Positions 37,323-46,812 of a stretch of DNA of 57,439 nucleotides are shown piece after piece. This DNA comes from a virus (Duplodnaviria > Caudoviricetes), in the IMG/VR virus record IMGVR_UViG_3300046737_000215, positions 1-57,439 of that record. One strand, given 5' to 3'. The translations under genes were made by a program, and so were the position numbers. The notes below the pieces were generated by a model. It did not search any database and was not told the DNA's origin. It saw only the letters and a program-made list of their open reading frames with translations. The stretch's first letter is position 1. Every line of letters starts with the position of its first letter.

Positions 37323-38798
37323 GACCGAAAAAATAACCTTACTCGTGCTCGGGAGTCAACCGAATAAAAGTCATCCGAGCCGAAGGCGGGGTCGTCGAGT
37401 CGAGTCGAGGTCTATCCCGATTACAGCGTTTCCGTAGAATTGAACAAAGACCCCCTAGAGACGATTCTCCGACGACCGACGAGACCCGATAGTCGGCTCT
37501 CCGCGATAGTCGCTCAGTCCGTGTCCATCCGTGATGCGCCTTACACGAAGTGAGCTAAGTATGCGTCAGGGTGACGGAACTAGTGCCAATAGAGATATCT
37601 CAGACACTCTGGCACTAGTTCCGTCACCCTGACGCTTTAAGAACGATACATCACAAATCCCAAAACCTCGTCGCGAAGCGCTTCTCGACGACCGTCGACC
37701 GTCGACTAGCCGACCCCCGCTCGCTGCGCTCGCTGGGGTCGGACTCGGATAAAGCAACTCACCCGACCCGGATGGTCGACCCCCGCCTAAGCGTCGACCC
37801 CTAGGTAAAAGTAACCTGTCGCCTAGCCGACCCAACCAAAAAATTGGCCCAGCCGATCTGCGTGCCGATCTTCTCGGGCGCGCCGGATGGGCACTTAGCC
37901 GCTTAGCCGGGCTCGGGCCCCGATGGCTAGTCGCTTAGTCGGCAGCCGCTTAGCCGGTAAAAGCAACTCACAAACACACCCAAGGCAAAATCTCCGACAC
38001 GCTCATAGCGGGGAAATCGGCGCACGCCGTAGGCGCCCAACCCCTCCCCCCTACATGTGGGCAACCGAAAGCTCAACGATTCCGTGCACTTGGCCGTCTG
38101 ACCAGCCAGGTTGCGCCCTCTAGCCCACTGAATCCGAGGCCCTTGCCTACCTGTAGCCCCCGCCTAGGCACCTAGCTGCCCCGCCTAGCCCCGAGGCCCC
38201 CGAGGGCTAGCTGCCTAGCTGCGGTGCCCGCTCCGGGCCGCCTAGGGGCCTCAGCGGCGCCGCCATGGCCTTCGGGGAGGCTCGGGGCCCGGGCGCCTAG
38301 CCGCTTAGTCGGCCTTCGGACCGAGGCAAGGTACTGGTTTCCGAGGTATCAATGCGACCTAGCGCACCGGAACGAGGGCAGGTCGATTTCTCAGCGAGGC
38401 GATGTCTGTGCGGGGGGCGCGGTAGTACCTGCCGTCTAAGCGCCCCATCGGCTCGGCAGCTGCCGTCTAAGCGCCCATCGGCTCGTGGCCTCGCCGCCCC
38501 GAAGCCCCGCCGCTCTGGTCGCCGCTAGCGGTCGGCTAAGCGGCTCGGCAGCCAGTCGCCTGGTCGACGTGCCGAACCGTCCCTCGCGGTCCCCGCATTG
38601 CTCTGGTTATCTTTTCCACAGACCCTTGAAAACAAGTGTTTCAATTTCCGTGCCCGCCGCAAAGCGCTTCTCAGGCACCTCGGAGAGCCCGACTTACGTT
38701 CAGCCATGGTCCCACGTTCTCCTGGGCTCCACATCGAGCTACCTCAGCCGACGCTTGTACGTAGTCCCACTGTAGGGCCTTTGTGGTACGTTCAGCCC
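37323..38798. other. Large non-coding region rich in hairpins and short repeats (origin or packaging-end candidate)
   Basis: No credible ORFs; repeated GCTTAG/CCTAG motifs, AAAGCAACTCAC twice, tandem 26-27 bp repeat at 38429-38485. Confidence 0.6.
37563..37635. repeat. Stem-loop element, copy 2 (26-bp perfect arms, 21-nt spacer)
   Basis: GCGTCAGGGTGACGGAACTAGTGCCA-N21-TGGCACTAGTTCCGTCACCCTGACGC. Confidence 0.95.
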
Positions 38799-39020
38799 AT
38801 GAACGAAAAAGACCCGTCAGACAGTTGGGGCGACGTCAAACCCCCGAAGCCGCGTAGGCCCCATCCGAACAGCAAGGTGCAACGCGACTTGCTCATCAAG
38901 CTTTACGCCGCCGCGCCGGTCAAAGCAGCATTCGATGCAGCGAGACTCCCGGGAGAGTCGCTGTCAGCGTGCGTGCGTAGGCTGGCGTGGACGGCATTGC
39001 AAGCACAGGTGAAGCCGTGA
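38799..39020 (+). CDS. Small RHH-like DNA-binding protein
   Basis: KAAFDAARLPGESLSACVRRL; TACGTT-6nt-ATG. Confidence 0.6.
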   Translation: MNEKDPSDSWGDVKPPKPRRPHPNSKVQRDLLIKLYAAAPVKAAFDAARLPGESLSACVRRLAWTALQAQVKP

Positions 39021-39337
39021 CCGAGTGTTGGTTCTGCAATGAGCACGCATCCGTCAAGCTGGCTAGTGGGCGCGTCGCTCTGCCTGCGTGCCGGTGCTGT
39101 CGTCAGCTGGCGGGTTGGGATGGCCGCGAGGGCTTCCAGAAGCCCAGGGAGCTTGCGGGAACGATACTGCGCGCATTCGATGTGCGCTATCGCAAACTGC
39201 TCGACATGCCGTTGTGGTCCGAAGATGAGCTAGACGAACTGGACTATCACTTGCGCACAAGCGTGGCCGCTACGGTGGCAGCAGCGCGCATAATCCACAT
39301 CCGAAGGGCAGCCATCATGCTGCGAGTGAACAGCTAA
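39017..39337 (+). CDS. Protein with an N-terminal zinc-finger-like motif
   Basis: CWFC..CRCC; GTGA coupling. Confidence 0.6.
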   Translation: MTECWFCNEHASVKLASGRVALPACRCCRQLAGWDGREGFQKPRELAGTILRAFDVRYRKLLDMPLWSEDELDELDYHLRTSVAATVAAARIIHIRRAAIMLRVNS

Positions 39338-39654
39338 TGGACTACCTATCGGTCACTCGGGCGCTAGCCGCCCACGATGATTGCCACGCCGCGGTGATGG
39401 CAGCATTCCGCCTAGCCGCTCGCAAGGGCAACCCGGCAACCCGATGGAACAGAGCCGACCGCGAGACGATGGCGCTAGCACTAACGGCCGCTGAGGATTG
39501 GTTGGACTCTCGCCGCGAGCCTACCGCCTCAGCAGCGTACCGTCGCGCGCGTAGGGCGCTAGAAGACTCGCTGAGCGTCGGAACCGGCAAGGGCGCGGCG
39601 CCGGATAGCTGGCCGCTCGTGCGGGCCGCGGTGCGTAGCCGACTGGCCGCCTAA
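39337..39654 (+). CDS. Hypothetical protein
   Basis: TAATG coupling; followed by hairpins at 39655-39765. Confidence 0.6.
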   Translation: MDYLSVTRALAAHDDCHAAVMAAFRLAARKGNPATRWNRADRETMALALTAAEDWLDSRREPTASAAYRRARRALEDSLSVGTGKGAAPDSWPLVRAAVRSRLAA

Positions 39655-39768
39655 ACGCCGAACGCCCCGCTGGATTGCCAGCGAGGCGTTTGGTAGGCGG
39701 AGCAGTTCCCCGCGGGTATCCTAGGTAGGATACCCGGCTTGCCGGCCTAAGCGGCCTAGCGGCTCGCC

Positions 39769-40281
39769 TTAGAACTCCCGGCGTGCGTCCCGCTCCAACA
39801 CCCGCCGGTTGTTCCCCGAGGTATCCGAAACTCGGTCGCCTGCGCCGCAGCCGTACATCGCCTCGGCAATCACGAGCCGTACCGCGTTGCGGTCGCCGAA
39901 CTCCGCAACGACGTCCCCCAAGTAGGGCGCTTCGATGGCCCGGAGACCAAGGTCGAAGCACCCGGGTTCGTGGCCGGTCATGACGAAATCGCTGCTCTTC
40001 AGCGACTCGTGCACCGAGCGGCCAACACCCATGCTGGGGAAGAGCCCGTGGGTGTGTTCATAGGAACCCGCGTAAGGCTCGAAGTTGTCGAACCCGAGCA
40101 CATCTACGTGATGTACCACGGCGTTGTACTTGCCGTACTCGGCATCGGCGTATCCGTAGAGTTCTTCCCGCTCTTGGACGTGGATTACGTACACATCGGT
40201 CCCGCCGGCATCGTAGAACTTGATGGTATCCGAGCCGGTGTAGGTCGAGGTGGCGAGAAGGCGATGGCGATAGCGGGTCAT
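39769..40281 (-). CDS. Hypothetical early protein
   Basis: 170 aa with protein-like composition; ACAGG SD. Confidence 0.7.
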   Translation of the reverse strand: MTRYRHRLLATSTYTGSDTIKFYDAGGTDVYVIHVQEREELYGYADAEYGKYNAVVHHVDVLGFDNFEPYAGSYEHTHGLFPSMGVGRSVHESLKSSDFVMTGHEPGCFDLGLRAIEAPYLGDVVAEFGDRNAVRLVIAEAMYGCGAGDRVSDTSGNNRRVLERDARREF

Positions 40282-40551
40282 TGTTATACCTGTTCTTGTT
40301 TGTGTTGGAGAAGGAATCGAGTGACTAGTACGCGCCCGTTAGGGCCGAGAGTCAAGCGGCTTTGGTTTCGACCGTCGCGGCCTCGTGCTGCGCATCGTAC
40401 TTGGCTGCGAGGCGCGCGCGGTGCGAGACCGGGGCGAGGAAGCCCTCGTGCGTCGCGGGCAAGTAGCGGGGGCGGTCGAAGTTCATCGCGGTTATGTTCT
40501 TGTTCGCCACTCCTAAAGAGTACGCGCACGCCCCCGGGCCCGGGAAAGAAT

Positions 40552-41130
40552 CTACTCGTTCGGTGCGGACTCTCGCACAATCGCCCGAACTGAGTAGTCC
40601 GACACCTCGACTAGGCGCGCGGTTTCGGCGACCGAAAGCCCGTCCGCCAACGCGGCGAGCACTGCTAGGCGCCGCTCCGGCGAAATCGAGCGCGGGCGAC
40701 CGGTCTTGACGCCGCGCGCTTTCGCCGCGGCAATCCCGGCGTGGACGCGCTCTAGCGTCGTCTCGCGTTCGAGCTGGGCCAACACGGCCATAATCCCGAG
40801 CATCGCGCGACCCATCGGCGTGGACGTATCGAATCCTTCGGTCAGCGACCGGAGCGAAACGCCGCGCGCTTCTAAGTCCCGCACTAGCGTAAGCACGTCC
40901 AGCGTGTTGCGCCCCAGGCGCGAGAGCGAGTACGTCACGAGGGTATCGCCCCGGCGCAGGTGCACAAGCAACGCGGCCATGGCGGGCCGTTCGCGGGCCG
41001 GCAAGGCGCCCGATACGCCCTCGTCCGTGAACGTCGCCTCGGGGCTCACGCCGGCCTTGCCGAGGGCATCGAGCTGCAACGCGATGCTTTGGGCATCGGT
41101 GCTAACGCGAGCGTACCCATAAGTAGTCAT
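40552..41130 (-). CDS. Serine recombinase (resolvase/invertase) with a C-terminal HTH
   Basis: YGYARVST..Q, DEGVSG..RP, GDTLV..LSRLGRN, DTSTPMGR, ERE..LER, GRP, HTH. Confidence 0.95.
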   Translation of the reverse strand: MTTYGYARVSTDAQSIALQLDALGKAGVSPEATFTDEGVSGALPARERPAMAALLVHLRRGDTLVTYSLSRLGRNTLDVLTLVRDLEARGVSLRSLTEGFDTSTPMGRAMLGIMAVLAQLERETTLERVHAGIAAAKARGVKTGRPRSISPERRLAVLAALADGLSVAETARLVEVSDYSVRAIVRESAPNE

Positions 41131-41637
41131 TCGACCACCGTGGCCTTTCGCCAAGCATAGCCCACGAGTATCACTAGCCCAACCCATACGCCGATGCCGG
41201 ACGTCAGCGCGATAGTTGCTGTGGCGATTTCCGAGTAAGACATCACTTGGCCCCTCTACTCGCGCGGATGCCTTCTCGGAACGCGGCGACCGCTTCGGCC
41301 AACGTATCGCCTTTGGCAATGACGCTGCGCCCGAAGATGTAGACCGGCGTGCCCAACCTAGTACGTGTCGTGATCCGCAACGCGGAATACCCGAAGTGCC
41401 TCGCGCCTCGTGTGTGGCGAAGAGTGTACTTGCCCATGATCAACACTCCTCGCATTCGAGCAACGCGGCAACCGTCTGCAAACCCAGCAAGCGGATGAAG
41501 CCATCTAGCGCATGCGTGAGTACGTAGACTCGGCGTCCGGCGCCAGCGGACAGATGGAGTACGATTAGTTCAGATGCTTTGTACGTGTTCATTTTGGTTT
41601 GCTCCTATTGGGTGCGTTTTTGAGAGGCGAGGTAAGT

Positions 41638-41922
41638 TCAAACGCTCACGTCGAACTGGCTGTTCAGGTCCTCGCAACCACCGGCTAGTTCCTGGGTGCA
41701 GACGAACACGTATCCCGTACTGTCCGCGTTCCCGCCTCCGCGCCATCTACCGCCCCAACCCATCTTTGTGGCGAACACTCTCGCCGCTGCGAGGTGGTTC
41801 TGTTCGCGGCTCAGCGCGTGGTCCCATGCAACGGTCAAGCGTCCGGCTTGCGCCTTCACTAGGACGCGTGAGCCGCGTGAGTTGGTTGGTCCGGCGAACT
41901 TGGTTTCGATTGCTTGGTTCAT
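41638..41922 (-). CDS. Conserved-looking phage hypothetical protein
   Basis: AIETKFAGPTNSRGSRV..NHLAAA..GYVFV. Confidence 0.7.
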   Translation of the reverse strand: MNQAIETKFAGPTNSRGSRVLVKAQAGRLTVAWDHALSREQNHLAAARVFATKMGWGGRWRGGGNADSTGYVFVCTQELAGGCEDLNSQFDVSV

Positions 41923-42008
41923 GTGAATGTTCCTAGGGGCGGGGCGGTTGCGGACTCTTCAGCGCTGGCCTTACCAGCGGACGGCTAGTCGCCGTTTCGT
42001 CCTAAGTA

Positions 42009-42257
42009 TCAGATTCGGGTCCATTCGCTGGATTGTGTAGGGTATGTCCACACTCCACGCTGGCCAACGATACGTTGCACCTTGCGTGCAGTGCCTTGAG
42101 CTAGTGTCACACCTGCCGCATGTTCCGGGAAAAGGCGACAGAATACCTCCAAACGGGCGCCCGCAGCGAGCTTATCCGAAGTGGGTCCAGCATACGGCTG
42201 TCCGCAAGCCTGTAGTACTGTGTAGACAGTCGCTGTGTTTTTGTTTGGTCTAGCCAT
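42009..42257 (-). CDS. Hypothetical protein
   Basis: 82-aa ORF in the small-gene array. Confidence 0.5.
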   Translation of the reverse strand: MARPNKNTATVYTVLQACGQPYAGPTSDKLAAGARLEVFCRLFPEHAAGVTLAQGTARKVQRIVGQRGVWTYPTQSSEWTRI

Positions 42258-42311
42258 GTTCTAAGTATCGTCTTTTCGGGAGAGACCTGTAGCGGAAAGT
42301 TTCGTGCCAAA

Positions 42312-42461
42312 TCAGCCCGCCAGGGCCGACTCGATGGCCATCGCGATTTCGACTCGCGCAAGGACGGCGCTTTGTACGCGGCGACCTGCCTCGGTCTTCG
42401 CGGGGCGCATGATCAGCAAGAGGGCGATTTCGGCGTTGGACTTGCAGATTGACTTAGACAT
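42312..42461 (-). CDS. 49-aa hypothetical protein
   Basis: MSKSICKSNAEIALL...; downstream of the repeated promoter cassette. Confidence 0.55.
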   Translation of the reverse strand: MSKSICKSNAEIALLLIMRPAKTEAGRRVQSAVLARVEIAMAIESALAG

Positions 42462-42494
42462 CGGTGGGCCCCTTTGGTGCCGGGTGACTTAGCT

Positions 42495-42513
42495 ATTACG
42501 CGCTCGTTCGCGC
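42495..42513 (-). promoter_or_regulatory. 19-bp repeated promoter/operator element, copy 1
   Basis: ATTACGCGCTCGTTCGCGC identical at 42970-42988; TTGCAT lies upstream on the minus strand. Confidence 0.7.
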
Positions 42514-42533
42514 CCGAATGCAAGCTTTTCTTT

Positions 42534-42929
42534 TCAGACGTAGATTAGGCCGTCATCGCCAACGTAAGGGTATACCTCGCCAGCTCGCTTGCTCGCGGCC
42601 GTTAGCCGATCACCCAATGCCTCCGGCAAACCGCGGTCCCAAAAGCCCACACCGTGCCCGTTGCGCGTCAACGCGAAGTCATGGCCAGCCATCTCCATGC
42701 CCGGCCACTCACTCGATGGGTATTCAATGCACGCCTCGATCAAGTCATCGAGATTCGCCTCAAAGAAGGCGGCGCAATCGGCCTTGCACTTCGCGTCAAA
42801 CGCGTCGCTGGTTTCAAACCGCGAATCGTCAAGATTGACGTCCTCGCCGTCCACAACATCGACAGACGACCACAATAGTGTTTCAATGTACGCGGCCGTG
42901 AACTGTTCGAGATCGGTTTGTTTTGCCAT
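42534..42929 (-). CDS. Acidic conserved phage hypothetical protein
   Basis: AYIETLLWSS..AGHDFALTRNGHGVGFWDRG. Confidence 0.8.
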   Translation of the reverse strand: MAKQTDLEQFTAAYIETLLWSSVDVVDGEDVNLDDSRFETSDAFDAKCKADCAAFFEANLDDLIEACIEYPSSEWPGMEMAGHDFALTRNGHGVGFWDRGLPEALGDRLTAASKRAGEVYPYVGDDGLIYV

Positions 42930-42969
42930 GGTAGCGGCTCCCTTTGGTGCGGTTCGCGGGTGTCAGAAC

Positions 42970-42988
42970 ATTACGCGCTCGTTCGCGC
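42970..42988 (-). promoter_or_regulatory. 19-bp repeated promoter/operator element, copy 2
   Basis: Same sequence as 42495-42513; TTGACT upstream. Confidence 0.7.
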
Positions 42989-42994
42989 TGAGAG

Positions 42995-43288
42995 TCAACC
43001 TTCGAAGTTCGCGGCCGCGGCGAACGTCCGAGCCAGAGCCATCCGCAAATCGGGGCGTGAGACCTCACCTTCCGGCAAGAGGCCATCGAAGATTAGTGAT
43101 TGGTTGTTTCGGCTCTCGAATGCCTCCTGCAGTGCCTTACGCGCCAGTCCGCGCGCTTGCGGAAGATTCATCGCGGAGAAGTGTCCTACCGTGCGGCCAT
43201 CGAGTATGACGCGGTAAACGTAGGGCGCGGCCTTAACGCGTGCGTCGAAGTCGAGGCTTGCCGTGATGCGGGTAAGGTCGATGGGCAT
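42995..43288 (-). CDS. Hypothetical protein
   Basis: AAAGGA SD. Confidence 0.65.
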   Translation of the reverse strand: MPIDLTRITASLDFDARVKAAPYVYRVILDGRTVGHFSAMNLPQARGLARKALQEAFESRNNQSLIFDGLLPEGEVSRPDLRMALARTFAAAANFEG

Positions 43289-43325
43289 GTTCTTGTCCTT
43301 TGTTCGAAGAGAGAGAGAGAGAGAT

Positions 43326-43511
43326 TCAGCGGCTAACAGCGTGCCACGCTTCGATGGCCTCGCGTGTGTGGTGGTAATGAGAGCCGGACATGTAGCAAAA
43401 GCTCGTGTCCGCGGCAGAGTCGAGGATAAGCCCCGCGGCCAGCGCGGCGCCGAGCACGAGAGCGGCGCCGAGTTTTGCGAGTCGTTCGATTCGTCGTTCT
43501 GAGTTATTCAT
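43326..43511 (-). CDS. Small membrane protein
   Basis: One hydrophobic helix, LGAALVLGAALAAGLIL. Confidence 0.55.
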   Translation of the reverse strand: MNNSERRIERLAKLGAALVLGAALAAGLILDSAADTSFCYMSGSHYHHTREAIEAWHAVSR

Positions 43512-44373
43512 GTTCCACCATCCTGCGGCATGGCCGCGAAGAGAGCAAGGGCTTTGCGATCGGACTGTCGTTCCGCAAGCGCCAGCAGCACCCTACGGGC
43601 CGACTCGCCGCGTAGCCATCGGAGCGTCTCGGAGCGGGTCACTTGCCCCCCGATGAGAGCATCGAGAGCAGCACGAACACTACGAGAGCTGTTTCAAAGG
43701 GTGACATTCGGCCTCCTGCCTAAGTTGTCGGCCGACTCGGCGCCGAGCTTGAGAACTATTTTCGCGCGCCTCGGAGCGGCATCGAGCGGCGCTAGCCGAC
43801 CCCGCGCTACGCGTTGCGGGAATCGTGCCAGCCTGATTCCCGAGCGATTCCGCGGTGTCGGACAACGCCCACCCGGGGGCTCGTGCCGGAATCCTCAATG
43901 ATTTCGCTGCCGACATGTAGGCAAGCGGTTTTGGCGCCCGGTGCCCGGCCGGGCCGGCGGCGCCCCAGTCCCTTTTATAGAAGAGTTCGGCAAACTTTTC
44001 AATAGTTCCGAGGCCTTACGGCCGGGTCGTCTTTATAGACTCGCCCAGTTATTTTTGGCGGCCGAACGAACCGCGAAAAGCTGGGCCCGGAGGGCATCGA
44101 GGTCCGTCTCTCCGGTGCCCAGCGGCGCGACGGCGTCGAACCTACCCGCCCTAGCGGCTCGCTCTTCGCGACGGGTCGCACGGATTTCGAACCGAGTAGG
44201 CGGCCTTCGAAAGTCGGCCTCGCGCACGCCGTCGTGTCGGCGGGAATGCTTTGGGAGCGGGCGGTTCGAGTAGCCGTCCGGCGTAGCGCGCTTACGCCCC
44301 GAGGCATACCCGGTTTCGAACACGCCGCCTCCGTAGCCCAGGCGTTCAAGCTCTTCGTCTAAGTCAGTGAAGC

Positions 44374-45276
44374 TCACGAGAGATCGTCTTCGTGTCGGAA
44401 GGCTACCCACACGGGGAATCGCGGTGCGGCGACTACCCCCGCTGCGGCGAAGTGCCGGAACGTCACCCGCTTGCCGACCAGCTGGTCGCGGATTACCCAG
44501 AAGTCCTTGCGCTGCTGGGCAGAGAAGCCGGTGCCGATCGAGAACTCTACCAGCTGGTCGCCCCGGCGCACTACGCACGTAAGCGCTCCGAGGTCGTTGT
44601 GCCCCGATTTGCCCGCTTGATGGCTAGTCCGCTTGGTATGTCCTAGGTTGTCGACCGTTGGCTCGTTACCGTTGTGCATGCGTTCGACCGTGTCAATGAC
44701 GACGGCCTCTTCATCTTCGAAGCGCTTGAGTTTCGTCAAAATGCCCTCTTTGCTCGTCGCCCTGCCTTGACGATATAGTCCGTGCGGTGAGCGAATCATC
44801 GCTCCCTCGTAGCCGTCTCGGAGAGCGCCCGCCTCGAACGAATCGAGGTCTGCCGCTGAGCCTACGAGCTCCTGGTTGACGACTTCCAGCCGCGCCTCGG
44901 GGTTCGCCCGCACGATCGCCCGCACGACTTCCAACCTGGCCTCGTAGCCCAGCTCGGGGCGGTTGTGGACGTCAAAGACGTAGAACGTGACATCCGGCTC
45001 GCCGTCGTGGCGCATACACCCCGACGTGGCCGCTTGCATCGCGTTCTGCGCGTTGGGCGGGCCGACGATAAGTTCGCCGTCCAAGCCCGAGAGTTCCGGG
45101 CGCCCGAAAAGGGCTCGACAGTGGGCGTTCGGGATGGGCTTGAGCGAGCGCGAGACGAGCTGGCCGTCGATGACGAGCCCTCGGATACCGTCTAACTTCA
45201 CGGACGCATAGACCGGGAACTTGACGGGGTGCTTGGGGTCTAGCTTTGCGGCTAAGAGCGGCTTGAAGGTGGTCAT
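44374..45276 (-). CDS. ATP-dependent DNA ligase
   Basis: KLDGIR, LDGEL, FYVFD, EGAMIR, KLKRFED; OB-fold IGTGF and PRFP. Confidence 0.95.
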   Translation of the reverse strand: MTTFKPLLAAKLDPKHPVKFPVYASVKLDGIRGLVIDGQLVSRSLKPIPNAHCRALFGRPELSGLDGELIVGPPNAQNAMQAATSGCMRHDGEPDVTFYVFDVHNRPELGYEARLEVVRAIVRANPEARLEVVNQELVGSAADLDSFEAGALRDGYEGAMIRSPHGLYRQGRATSKEGILTKLKRFEDEEAVVIDTVERMHNGNEPTVDNLGHTKRTSHQAGKSGHNDLGALTCVVRRGDQLVEFSIGTGFSAQQRKDFWVIRDQLVGKRVTFRHFAAAGVVAAPRFPVWVAFRHEDDLS

Positions 45277-45423
45277 ATCAATATGCCTGCCTTCCATCTG
45301 AGGTGTACATCAACCAAGTGGCCAGAACCGGCTGCTTATAAAACGTCGCCCAGCTCTCGACGGCCACGAGCTGGTCCGCGTAGCTATGCCAGCGTCGCAC
45401 TCTCGTAACCCATCTCCAGTTAG

Positions 45424-46008
45424 TCACTCGCACGGTGAAGACTCCCCTCGAACCCACTTGGGCTCGTTGTGTTTCTCTGCCAAAAGCTTGAACCTCTGCC
45501 CGGTTTGGTGCAAGAGGATAATGATGCCCTCGGGGCGCATAAACCCAGGGGCCGCGACCGAGCCGGAAGCCATCAAAGGCGCCAACACCGACATCGGGTC
45601 AACTAACAGCCCTTCGTACAGCTTCGGCACGACCGAGCAACAGCTAGGAGTGTTGGGGTTGTGCGCCCCGAAGCGCCGGGTGTCGAAGAGCGAGAACGTG
45701 CGGCCTTCGACGCCGTACCCACGCCCTACGCCCTGCCCCCACCACTCGCCGTAGTGCCAGCCCGCCCCGAGCTTAGCCAACTCGACAGCGTTCTCGGTGA
45801 CCCAAGCCGCGAAGCCGTAGTTGTCCGAGGTCTTGCCGGGAGTCAGCCAGCGGTTACGCGAGCCGGCCAGCACGCGGCCGTCGTCGGTCACATGCACGAG
45901 GGCGTTCGTCCCGTCAAGCTTCTCGGTGGCCGTCATCGCGATGCCGGACCACCTCGGGGTCTTGCCCCAGGGCTGAAACTCGGGCGTGTTTTGGATGTCG
46001 TTCGTCAT
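45424..46008 (-). CDS. Rnl2-like RNA ligase (nucleotidyltransferase domain)
   Basis: TEKLDGTN, GSRNR, YGEWWG, FSLFD, EGII, RFK; TTGACA-18-TACGCT-6nt-ATG. Confidence 0.85.
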   Translation of the reverse strand: MTNDIQNTPEFQPWGKTPRWSGIAMTATEKLDGTNALVHVTDDGRVLAGSRNRWLTPGKTSDNYGFAAWVTENAVELAKLGAGWHYGEWWGQGVGRGYGVEGRTFSLFDTRRFGAHNPNTPSCCSVVPKLYEGLLVDPMSVLAPLMASGSVAAPGFMRPEGIIILLHQTGQRFKLLAEKHNEPKWVRGESSPCE

Positions 46009-46061
46009 ATGGGCAGCGTACCGCCGAGGCGGGTCAGATGTCAAGCACGATACGATGCGGA

Positions 46062-46757
46062 ATGAAAGAAGTATCGGCAATCTTCGTGCATGGAGTTGGT
46101 GAGCAAACGCACGACTTCGCCTCAGCGGCGCGCAAACAGCTCAGCGGGGCCTTAGCCGTCAAAGGCGTCAAGCTCCGGGCGGCTAGCGTGCACTGGGCCC
46201 CGCTCGCGGACCAGCTAGAGCACAACTTCCTGCGCAACGCCCAGCTCCGGGGCAGCACGGGCAACCTCACCCAGCGCCTAGTCGTGGGCACCCTGGCGGA
46301 CGCTATCGCGTATCAAGCCTCAGAGCGTCTGCGCGAGCAAATCGCGTACTTGATTGACTACGAGTACACCCGCCTTCGAGTGCCCGAAGTGCACGTATTC
46401 GCTCACTCCTTAGGCGGGTTGATCTCGCTCGACTGGCTGCGCACGCGCAACAACGTACGGCCCGCGCATCTATGGACGCTGGGGTGCAACGTGGGCTTGT
46501 TCAACCTGGGGCGGCAGTTCGACTGCCCGCTCTCCGTTGCTGGCGCCGGCCGCTGGAGCAACCTTTTTTACCCCAGCGATCTTCTGGGATTTCCCTTGCA
46601 GGCCCAGCCAGGCTTCGGGCATGTACAGGACGTCGCTATCCGGTCGGCGGGCTTCTGGCGAATGTCTACGATTGTGCCCGGTCTCCGGCACCTTGACTAC
46701 TGGTCGGACTCGCGGTTGTGGGGCGATACCCTACCGGGGCTGATGCTAGCGAAATAG
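46062..46757 (+). CDS. Alpha/beta hydrolase (lipase/esterase-like)
   Basis: IFVHGVG, AHSLGG nucleophile elbow, SDLLG, HLDYW. Confidence 0.85.
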   Translation: MKEVSAIFVHGVGEQTHDFASAARKQLSGALAVKGVKLRAASVHWAPLADQLEHNFLRNAQLRGSTGNLTQRLVVGTLADAIAYQASERLREQIAYLIDYEYTRLRVPEVHVFAHSLGGLISLDWLRTRNNVRPAHLWTLGCNVGLFNLGRQFDCPLSVAGAGRWSNLFYPSDLLGFPLQAQPGFGHVQDVAIRSAGFWRMSTIVPGLRHLDYWSDSRLWGDTLPGLMLAK

Positions 46758-46812
46758 AGACGCCAACGGAGACCGGAACCGGCCCGGCCGGGCTATCCTT
46801 GACCTCACGAGG

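Noticed and set aside
37563-37635. Protelomerase target site
   Set aside because: The arms are separated by an asymmetric 21-nt spacer and no protelomerase gene was recognised
43309-43324. (GA)8 microsatellite as a phase-variation switch
   Set aside because: It is intergenic, lies outside the SD spacing and any recognisable promoter, and there is no evidence of an effect
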